DNA of 64,000 nucleotides. Source: an uncultured Gammaproteobacteria bacterium (GTDB lineage Bacteria > Pseudomonadota > Gammaproteobacteria > GCA-001735895). The notes beneath the pieces are model-generated. The model was not told the origin of the DNA, made no database searches, and saw only the letters and a program-made list of their open reading frames with translations. The stretch spans positions 19,242-83,241 of the forward strand of contig CAMYON010000008.1 of NCBI GenBank assembly GCA_947260025.1, read 5' to 3'. Below are positions 45,510 to 54,645 of the stretch, one piece after another. The number at the start of each line of letters is the position of its first letter. The stretch's first letter is position 1. Both the position numbers and the translations under genes were made by a program.

Positions 45510-46408
45510 AGAAACCAGCCTCGGATAAAGACGCGCGCATAATGATCCGCGAGCAGGAACGCGAATAGCAGGCTGAGGTAGAATATCGAATACCCAAAAG
45601 TCTTCATCGCGATCGCGTTGGGCTGCTCGTCACGGTAAAGCTTGATCGCGTAGTACAGGAAACCGACCCCGAGGGCCAACGCGCCAGCCAGGTATATCAG
45701 GCCGCTCATTTGCACGATGAACGGCATCATCGTAACCACCACCAGCAGCACGGTATACAGCAAGATCTGGATCTTGGTGAACAACACGCCGTGCGTCACC
45801 GGCAGCATCGGGATATCTGCCTTGGCGTACTCTTCGCGCCGGCGGATCGCCAACGCCCAGAAATGCGGCGGAGTCCAGACGAAAATGATCAGGAACAGCA
45901 GCAGGGCCTCGGTATCGACGCTGCCGGTGACCGCGGTCCAGCCCAGCAACGGCGGCGCGGCGCCGGCGGCGCCCCCGAGCACGATATTCTGCGGCGTCGC
46001 CCGCTTCAGGTACATGGTGTAAATCAGGGCGTAGCCAACCAGCGAGAAGAAAGTCAGGACCGCCGTAAGCAGGTTGACGAAAACCACCAGCATCAGAATA
46101 CCGAGCGCACCGATCGATAACGCGAAAATCAACGCCGATTTCTGGTCGAGTTCGCCGCTGACCAGCGGTCGATTGCGAGTACGCTCCATGATGCGGTCGA
46201 TGTGTTCGTCGACCACGTGGTTGATCGCCGCCCCGGAGGCCGCGGCAAGACCGATACCCAGCAGGCCGAAGACGAAGATATCGAGCGACACCGCGCCCTC
46301 GGCGGCCAGCAGCATACCGACCATCGCGGTAAACACGATCAGGAAAACGACCTTGGGCTTGGTCAGGTTGTAGTACTGGTTCCAGGAGGCAAGCGTCAGC
46401 GCGGTCAT
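45506..46408 (-). CDS. cyoE: Protoheme IX farnesyltransferase (heme O synthase)
   Basis: A polytopic UbiA-family protein with ...NHVVDEHIDRIMERTRNRPL... and ...YTMYLKRATPQNIVLGG... blocks. The product is 300 aa. Confidence 0.93.
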   Translation of the reverse strand: MTALTLASWNQYYNLTKPKVVFLIVFTAMVGMLLAAEGAVSLDIFVFGLLGIGLAAASGAAINHVVDEHIDRIMERTRNRPLVSGELDQKSALIFALSIGALGILMLVVFVNLLTAVLTFFSLVGYALIYTMYLKRATPQNIVLGGAAGAAPPLLGWTAVTGSVDTEALLLFLIIFVWTPPHFWALAIRRREEYAKADIPMLPVTHGVLFTKIQILLYTVLLVVVTMMPFIVQMSGLIYLAGALALGVGFLYYAIKLYRDEQPNAIAMKTFGYSIFYLSLLFAFLLADHYARVFIRGWFL

Positions 46409-46495
46409 CGGGTGGTCGGTATTCTTTCGGGATTCACGAAAGCCGGCGTTATACAGGCATTCTGGTTACGGTTCAATCGACGGATGATAACAGAC

Positions 46496-47101
46496 TCACC
46501 CGATCTGCGATAACTTCATCAGTTTCTTGATATCTTCGAGCACGCGGTTTTGATCGTTTTCCGGCGGATAATGCATCATCAGGTTCTGATCGGGATCGAT
46601 CAGGTACAGTTTGGGAGTACTGCCGACCTCGCCGAGCCCGTCCAGATCGAATTGGGAGTAAAGCTGCGACTGGCGATCGTTCTCTATCACCACCAGGTTA
46701 GGGTAGTCGCGCAAAAATACCTTCGTCTTTTCGCTCAGCGGCCGGGCCGTGATCAAAACATTTTGCAGCCGCATGGTATCGCGCCCCAGCAGCGTTCGGA
46801 TCTGGCGCATGTAAAACAGGTTCGAATAACATAACTCTTCGCAGTCGTCGCGGACGAACATCAGGAAAGTCCAGCGGCGTCCGAACCCGTCTTCGAACTG
46901 CTTGCCATCGTGACCGGTTAGCTGCGGCCAGTCGATTTTTCTTACCGGATCCACCAACGTGCCATAGTTGCCGCTCTCGGGCCTGACATCGAATACGTAA
47001 AAAGCCAGCCAGCCGCCGATAAACGGTGACAGAAAGACCGCGACCAGGGTCAGAAACTTGACCCGGTACCAGAACAGGCTCTGGGGTTGTTCCGAATTCA
47101 T
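46496..47101 (-). CDS. Membrane-anchored thioredoxin-fold, Sco-like protein with CxxxC motif (divergent)
   Basis: It has an N-terminal TM helix. ...WTFLMFVRDDCEELCYSNL... sits where Sco/SenC has the CxxxC site. The typical downstream DH(S) copper-ligand block is not evident. It has an ATGA overlap with the SURF1 gene. Confidence 0.45.
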   Translation of the reverse strand: MNSEQPQSLFWYRVKFLTLVAVFLSPFIGGWLAFYVFDVRPESGNYGTLVDPVRKIDWPQLTGHDGKQFEDGFGRRWTFLMFVRDDCEELCYSNLFYMRQIRTLLGRDTMRLQNVLITARPLSEKTKVFLRDYPNLVVIENDRQSQLYSQFDLDGLGEVGSTPKLYLIDPDQNLMMHYPPENDQNRVLEDIKKLMKLSQIG

Positions 47102-47814
47102 TCAGTTTTCCGCAAATTCAACACTACAAATAATATCAGGGCAATCGCGGCGAACGAAAACCACTGCACCGCGTATGCCCGGCTTTTTTCGGGCGGCAAC
47201 CAGACGGGATCCCATTCGCGCACGTAAGCGCCTGGTTGCTCCGGCGCCAGCCATAGCACCAGCGGCAACAGTTGCTCCGAGTACTGCCGCTGTAAGGCCG
47301 CCAAATCGACGTAGGGGATCAGCTGTGGCCAGTTCCCGCTGAGTTCGACCTCACCGAGTACCAACGCCGGTTCACCCGGAACGAACGCGATACCGCTGAC
47401 GCTGTCGCCAGCGTTAGTCGGCAGTATCTCTGGCACAGGCTCGCGCGACGCGCCCCAGGCCGCCCAACCGCGGTTGACCAGCACTATATGGTCACTGTCG
47501 GCCAGATAAAAAGGGGTAACTACCTGGTAACCCGCCCTGCCCCGATGCACCTGGTTATCGAGCAGGAAATGGTGCGCGTCGTGATACCGCCCCCTTAATC
47601 TCAGCTTGCGGTACTGGACATCGGCGAGATCGTCCGCCAGGTTCAATTCATGGTAGTCCTCCGCGAGGCGTTGTTCGAAGCTGGCCTGAATCGAATCCTT
47701 GAGCGCCGCGCGCTGCAGTTGCCACATACCCAACGCCACAAACAGCGCCATTCCGGCGGCCGTCAGTAAAATCGACCACCGGGCGGGACGAAACTCGTGC
47801 TTGCCGAATTTCAT
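47098..47814 (-). CDS. SURF1 family cytochrome oxidase biogenesis protein
   Basis: It has N- and C-terminal TM helices. ...WQLQRAALK... and ...VLVNRGW... blocks are typical of SURF1/Shy1. Confidence 0.8.
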   Translation of the reverse strand: MKFGKHEFRPARWSILLTAAGMALFVALGMWQLQRAALKDSIQASFEQRLAEDYHELNLADDLADVQYRKLRLRGRYHDAHHFLLDNQVHRGRAGYQVVTPFYLADSDHIVLVNRGWAAWGASREPVPEILPTNAGDSVSGIAFVPGEPALVLGEVELSGNWPQLIPYVDLAALQRQYSEQLLPLVLWLAPEQPGAYVREWDPVWLPPEKSRAYAVQWFSFAAIALILFVVLNLRKTE

Positions 47815-47865
47815 ATCGACATTGGCCGGTGATCCAGTAAACTGACCCGCTGCGTATCTATTGCC

Positions 47866-48087
47866 ATGTTATTCGTAAAAGTCATTATCGTTGTGCTGCT
47901 CGGGCTGATCGTACTCAGTCTCGGCGCCAGCATGTTCAGCCTGGTCAAGGAACGCGGGGAGTCCAGCCGCACGGCCACGTTTCTGACCATTCGTATCGCC
48001 CTGTCCATTTTTACTTTCGTTTTCATCGCAATCTCGTTCTTCATGGGCTGGATTCAGCCGCACGGCGTACTGCCATCCGGTTACTGA
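47866..48087 (+). CDS. Twin-transmembrane-helix small protein (HIG1/DUF2909-like)
   Basis: The 73-aa product has two hydrophobic helices separated by a short charged loop (KERGESSRT). It is divergent from the SURF1 gene, as in Pseudomonas oxidase clusters. Confidence 0.65.
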   Translation: MLFVKVIIVVLLGLIVLSLGASMFSLVKERGESSRTATFLTIRIALSIFTFVFIAISFFMGWIQPHGVLPSGY

Positions 48088-48096
48088 TCACTACGA

Positions 48097-48915
48097 CTAC
48101 GAATCCAGCCACGCGTGGCCGTAGACCACCTCGTAGCTGGCAATAAATTTTTCGTTTTTAAATCCCTGCTCTCGATAACTGGCTTCCAGCCGCGCCAGCT
48201 GGCGAGGCGTCGTCAGTCCTCGCCGACGGCCGAAATCGGCATTGCTCGCGCCGACCTGCTTGAGGTCATCCAGCAGGGAACGAAAATCGCGATACTCCAG
48301 GCGAATGGTTTCGGCATCCACCACCGGTTGCGCAAAACCCGCGGCCAGCATGATATCGCCCACGTCATGCATATCGATGAACTGGTGCACGTGCGGATAA
48401 TCGTCCAGCGCGCGCCAGCTTTGCGCCAGCTCCTGCAGGCTGCCCGGACCCAAGCTGGTAAAAAGCAGTAGCGCGCCGGGTTTCGCCACCCGCGCAAATT
48501 CGGAAATCGTTGCGCGCAAGTCATTACTCCACGGCAAGGCCAGCGAGGAAAACACCAGGTCAAAGCAGTTCGCTGCGAACGGCAAGCGCTCCATATCCGC
48601 GGCAAGCAGTCGCTTTCTGCTCAGAAATCGGTAGCGGGAGCGCGCCTGTAGCAACATTTTCTGAGCGATATCGATAGCGTATACCTGTGCCCCAGGGTAG
48701 TGTTTTTGCAGTCCCTGGATACCCTTCCCGGTGCCGCAGCCGACATCGATTATTGTCGCCGGCTGGTGACGTATATACTGCAGTCTCTGCAGCAACCTGT
48801 TTAGCACCTCTTCTTGTAATATGGCAGCATTATCGTAGCTTTTTGCAGCACGATCGAAGAGATTTATGATAATTCGTTTATCCAGCCGAGGCGAATTGAG
48901 CAGGTCCAAAACCAT
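48097..48915 (-). CDS. BioC-like class I SAM-dependent methyltransferase
   Basis: ...FDRAAKSYDNAAILQEEV..., the SAM motif IIDVGCGTGKG and ...FDLVFSSLALPW... resemble malonyl-ACP O-methyltransferase BioC. The ATG at 48915 is preferred, and the longest ORF begins at 48981. No other bio genes are adjacent. Confidence 0.65.
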   Translation of the reverse strand: MVLDLLNSPRLDKRIIINLFDRAAKSYDNAAILQEEVLNRLLQRLQYIRHQPATIIDVGCGTGKGIQGLQKHYPGAQVYAIDIAQKMLLQARSRYRFLSRKRLLAADMERLPFAANCFDLVFSSLALPWSNDLRATISEFARVAKPGALLLFTSLGPGSLQELAQSWRALDDYPHVHQFIDMHDVGDIMLAAGFAQPVVDAETIRLEYRDFRSLLDDLKQVGASNADFGRRRGLTTPRQLARLEASYREQGFKNEKFIASYEVVYGHAWLDS

Positions 48916-49145
48916 TCCCGGGTTGTTTACGGAAGCGCGCACGGCGGGGCAATTTTCGAGATGCCGCCGGTTGCGAAGCATGCGGCCAGTAAATCCCGTG
49001 GAGGCCGCCGGCGACGAATTCTACCCGAATACCGCGAGCAAAATCAGCCATTTGTTGCCCCTGCGAGCACTGTAATCGATTCCCCCGGCTGTCAGCGCCA
49101 AACTAATCTGGTAGAGTGCCGACAGCCAAACAATTCAAATCAATA

Positions 49146-49721
49146 ATGCTCGAAGCTTCCGCTTTACTGTGTTCTGCCTACCTGCTCGGGTCTGTTTCCT
49201 CGGCAATTTTGCTGAGCAAAATCATGGGCTTCGAGGATCCTCGCAAACACGGCTCGAACAATCCGGGCGCAACCAACGTGCTGCGCATCGCCGGCAAAAA
49301 GGCCGCTTTTTTCACGCTGGTGGGAGATTTTTTGAAGGGGCTGCTGCCAGTGCTGGTCGCACACTGGCTCCAGTTCGACCTGCTGCTGGTAGCGCTGACC
49401 GGCTTTGCCGCATTCGTCGGACACTGTTTCCCGATATTCTTTCGTTTCCAGGGTGGCAAGGGAGTTGCCACCGCGATAGCGGCGACGCTGGCTTTCGACT
49501 GGATGAGCGGCGTGATTCTGAGCGCAACCTGGTTGCTGTTCGCCAAGGTTTTCAAAATATCATCGCTGGCGGCGATCATTTCGTTTGCAGCACTGCCGCT
49601 GGTCATCCTGTGGCGTACGCAGGACCTGCAGATCGCCTGCGTATTTGTCCTGCTGTCGGCAATTCTGATCTGGCGCCACAAGAGCAACATCCTGCGCCTG
49701 ATTCGCGGCATGGAATCCTGA
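49146..49721 (+). CDS. plsY: Glycerol-3-phosphate acyltransferase PlsY
   Basis: ...YLLGSVSSAILLSKIMG..DPRKHGSNNPGATNVLR... and ...GGKGVAT... are present. The ATG is at 49146, and the track start at 49116 is a GTG. Confidence 0.92.
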   Translation: MLEASALLCSAYLLGSVSSAILLSKIMGFEDPRKHGSNNPGATNVLRIAGKKAAFFTLVGDFLKGLLPVLVAHWLQFDLLLVALTGFAAFVGHCFPIFFRFQGGKGVATAIAATLAFDWMSGVILSATWLLFAKVFKISSLAAIISFAALPLVILWRTQDLQIACVFVLLSAILIWRHKSNILRLIRGMES

Positions 49722-49740
49722 TATCCCGGGTGGCCTCGAG

Positions 49741-49812
49741 GGGGGCAGAGCAAAAATGCCGGTTAGATTCGAGTCATAGCATGTCTGTTGCCGGCATTTT
49801 TGGTCTGACCCC
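49741..49812. repeat. MITE/REP-like palindromic element, copy 2
   Basis: GGGGGCAGAGCAAAAATGCCGG (49741-49762) matches the reverse complement of CCGGCATTTTTGGTCTGACCCC (49791-49812) at 20/22 positions. The spacer is 28 nt. Confidence 0.7.
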
Positions 49813-49836
49813 AGGTATCGTAACGCCAGGAAGACC

Positions 49837-49907
49837 GGGGTCAGATCAAAAATTCCCCGATTGTTATTCCGCTGGCACGCTAGTTCCGGAATTTTTGCTC
49901 TGACCCC
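49837..49907. repeat. MITE/REP-like palindromic element, copy 3 (tandem to copy 2)
   Basis: GGGGTCAGATCAAAAATTCC (49837-49856) matches the reverse complement of GGAATTTTTGCTCTGACCCC (49888-49907) at 19/20 positions. The spacer is 31 nt. It has the same core as copies 1 and 2. Confidence 0.7.
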
Positions 49908-49928
49908 TTCGAAGAGACCTTGAACAAT

Positions 49929-50951
49929 TCAGTTGTTCTGGAGGATCGGCAACGATTCGAGCGACCAACGCGGCAAAACGTCATTGACGGTTTCGTCGCA
50001 CTGGCCCTGCAGCAGGCGCAAAGCGCCGGCATAGGCGATCATGGCGCCGTTATCGGTGCAGTACTCCAGCGCGGGAAAGTACAGCCGCGCACCCTGTTTG
50101 CGAGTCGACTGATCCAGCTCCTGGCGCAAATACCGGTTGGCACCGACGCCGCCCGCGATCACCAGGCTTTGATAACCGGTCTCGTCGAGCGCGCGTCTGC
50201 ACTTGATGCGTAGTGTATCCACCACGGCCAGCTGAAACGCGTGTGCAATTTCGGCACGCAGGCCTTCGGCCACGGGTTCGTGTTCACGAACGACGTTGAG
50301 CACCGCGGTTTTCAATCCGCTGAAGCTGAACTCGAGCCCCGGGCGATTGGTCATCGGTCGCGGAAACTCGAAGCGGGATTCGGTAACCGAATCCGCGAGC
50401 CGCGCCAGTTCCGGACCCCCGGGATAAGGCAGACCGAGCAGCTTGGCGGTTTTGTCGAAAGCCTCCCCGACCGCATCATCGAGGGTTTCGCCCAGAATCC
50501 GGTAACTCCCGATTGCACTGACATCGACCAGCATGGTGTGACCGCCCGACACCAGCAACGCAACAAAAGGGAACTCGGGCTTTTCGTCGGCCAGCATCGG
50601 CGCCAGCAAATGTCCCTCCATGTGATGCACGCCCAGCAGGGGCTTGTCGAGCGCCCAGGCCAACCCGCGGGCCAGGTTGGCTCCGACCATCAAGGCGCCG
50701 ATCAGCCCGGGGCCACGGGTATAGGCAATCGCGTCGATATCATCGATGGCGCCTATTTCGGCGAGGATATCCACCAGCATCGGCGCCGCCTTGACAACGT
50801 GATCGCGTGAAGCCAGCTCAGGCACCACGCCACCGTATTCACGGTGCTTTTCAATCTGCGAGTAGAGCCGCTGCCAGATCTGGCCGCTTTCGGTGTCGTA
50901 GACCGCGATGCCGGTTTCATCGCAGGAGCTTTCGATGCCCAATACTTTCAT
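49929..50951 (-). CDS. tsaD: tRNA N6-adenosine threonylcarbamoyltransferase
   Basis: [19 protein letters not shown]... and ...HHMEGHL... are present in this 340-aa product. It is divergent from rpsU as in E. coli and Pseudomonas. Confidence 0.96.
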   Translation of the reverse strand: MKVLGIESSCDETGIAVYDTESGQIWQRLYSQIEKHREYGGVVPELASRDHVVKAAPMLVDILAEIGAIDDIDAIAYTRGPGLIGALMVGANLARGLAWALDKPLLGVHHMEGHLLAPMLADEKPEFPFVALLVSGGHTMLVDVSAIGSYRILGETLDDAVGEAFDKTAKLLGLPYPGGPELARLADSVTESRFEFPRPMTNRPGLEFSFSGLKTAVLNVVREHEPVAEGLRAEIAHAFQLAVVDTLRIKCRRALDETGYQSLVIAGGVGANRYLRQELDQSTRKQGARLYFPALEYCTDNGAMIAYAGALRLLQGQCDETVNDVLPRWSLESLPILQNN

Positions 50952-50981
50952 AAATTACAGGACTTTAATTAGTGATTAAGA

Positions 50982-51009
50982 TTGATATTTGGTGCGGCCT
51001 CCTTATAAT
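50982..51009 (+). promoter_or_regulatory. Candidate sigma-70 promoter for rpsU
   Basis: TTGATA (50982-50987), a 16-nt spacer, then TATAAT (51004-51009). A 6-bp leader hairpin CCGGCT/AGCCGG follows. Confidence 0.5.
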
Positions 51010-51074
51010 TATCCGGCTCTTAAAGCCGGGCTGCCAGGGGCGGCACCGTTAATTAACAAACTGGATCATCAAAT

Positions 51075-51290
51075 ATGCCATCAGTTAAAGTAAAGGACAA
51101 CGAGCCATTTGATTTCGCTCTGCGTCGTTTCAAGCGTTCCTGCGAAAAAGCGGGCGTGCTCACCGAGACGCGTCGTCGTCAGCATTACGAAAAACCGACA
51201 GCGGTTCGTAAGCGCAAATCAGCCGCTGCCGTTAAACGCAACTTCAAACGCATCTCCAAGGATTTCGGCACTCGCAGACGCCTCTACTAG
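51075..51290 (+). CDS. rpsU: 30S ribosomal protein S21
   Basis: [31 protein letters not shown]...RRRLY is canonical S21. Confidence 0.97.
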   Translation: MPSVKVKDNEPFDFALRRFKRSCEKAGVLTETRRRQHYEKPTAVRKRKSAAAVKRNFKRISKDFGTRRRLY

Positions 51291-51297
51291 TCTCAAG

Positions 51298-53176
<1,879 letters not shown>

Positions 53177-53177
<1 letters not shown>

Positions 53178-54247
53178 TGGCATTCCCCACGCTCAAGAAC
53201 GATCGCCTGATCAAGGCGCTGCTGCGCCAGCCTACCGACACCACACCGGTCTGGATCATGCGCCAGGCCGGTCGCTACCTGCCGGAGTACCGCGCAACCC
53301 GCAAACAGGCAGGCAGTTTCCTCGACCTTTGCAAGAACAAGGAGCTCGCCTGCGAGGTGACGATGCAGCCGCTGCGGCGTTTCGCACTGGATGCTGCCAT
53401 CCTGTTCTCTGATATCCTGACCATTCCGGATGCGATGGGGCTCGGGCTTTATTTCGCCGACGGCGAGGGCCCGAAATTCGAACGCCCGCTGCGCAGCGCG
53501 TCGGACATCGCACGCATCGGGGTGCCGGACCCATCGGAAGAGCTGCGCTACGTAACCGATGCGGTAAGCCTGATCAGGCAGGAACTGGACGGCAAGGTAC
53601 CGTTGATCGGATTCAGCGGCAGCCCCTGGACCTTATCGACCTACATGGTCGAGGGCGGTAGCTCGAAGGAGTATCGGCATATCAAGGGAATGATGTATGA
53701 CGATCCGGCGTCGCTGCATCAATTACTCGATAAACTGGCGCAGTCGGTTATCGCCTACCTCAACGCGCAAATCGAGGCCGGCGCGCAGGCCGTCATGGTA
53801 TTCGACACCTGGGGAGGCGTGCTGACGCCTCAGACCTACCGCGAGTTTTCGCTCGACTACATGCAGACAATCGTGGAAGGGCTCAAGCGCGAGCACGACG
53901 GCCAGACCATTCCGGTAACCCTGTTTACCAAGGGCGGCGCCCAGTGGCTGGAAGCCATTGCCGACACCGGCTGCAATGCGGCAGGACTCGACTGGACCAT
54001 CGATATCGACGAGGCTCGCAGCCGCATCGGCGACAGGGTCGCCTTACAGGGCAACCTCGATCCATGCGTGCTCTACGCCAGCCCGGAAAAGATTCGGGAC
54101 AAGGCCAAAGAAATCATAACCCGCTTCGGCAACCATCCTGGCCACGTATTCAACCTGGGCCACGGCATCCACCAGACCGTCAATCCCGATCACCTCGGCG
54201 TACTGGTCGACGCCGTCCACGAATTCGGCCTCGAAATCCGCAAGTAA
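53177..54247 (+). CDS. hemE: Uroporphyrinogen decarboxylase
   Basis: [39 protein letters not shown]... is present. The ATG at 53177 overlaps the gltD TGA by 1 nt (TGATG). The track start at 53174 is a TTG. Confidence 0.96.
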
Positions 54248-54645
54248 TCCCCCAAACCCGACGTCCCGAAATGCGCCTCGGCGCTTATCGACAGCTCCGC
54301 AATCCCAAAAGGATTGCCTGATCACCAGATCCCAGCGCCAGCGAGGATCTAGCCCTCACCGCGCAATTTCGAATTCCCACTTACCCAGAAACGAACCCTG
54401 TCTGCTATCCCAGAAGCCAAACAACGAAAGGCCATCAAACCGCCAAAATCTGGGAAGTTTTTAATCTGCTTGCGCGCCGGGATTTTTTACGCTGGCAAGG
54501 CGAAATCGCACGCAACGAGGGAGTTTACAATCTGGTAAATGACCGATTTTTGCTCCTGCAAAATCGGCATACTGCACGTCCTGTGCATAACCGAGCGAGT
54601 ACGATTTCAACGCCGCCAGCGGAAAAAATAACAAGTGCAGACGCG

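Noticed and set aside
47811-48044. A 77-aa minus-strand ORF overlapping the SURF1 start and the HIG1-like gene.
   Set aside because: The plus-strand 73-aa ORF has a clean twin-TM-helix architecture and the position expected for oxidase clusters. The minus-strand product has no features.
49169-49903. A 244-aa plus-strand ORF in an alternative frame of plsY that continues through the repeat elements.
   Set aside because: It is Arg/Gly-rich out-of-frame sequence. The PlsY frame carries the family motifs, and the distal part is translated repeat DNA.
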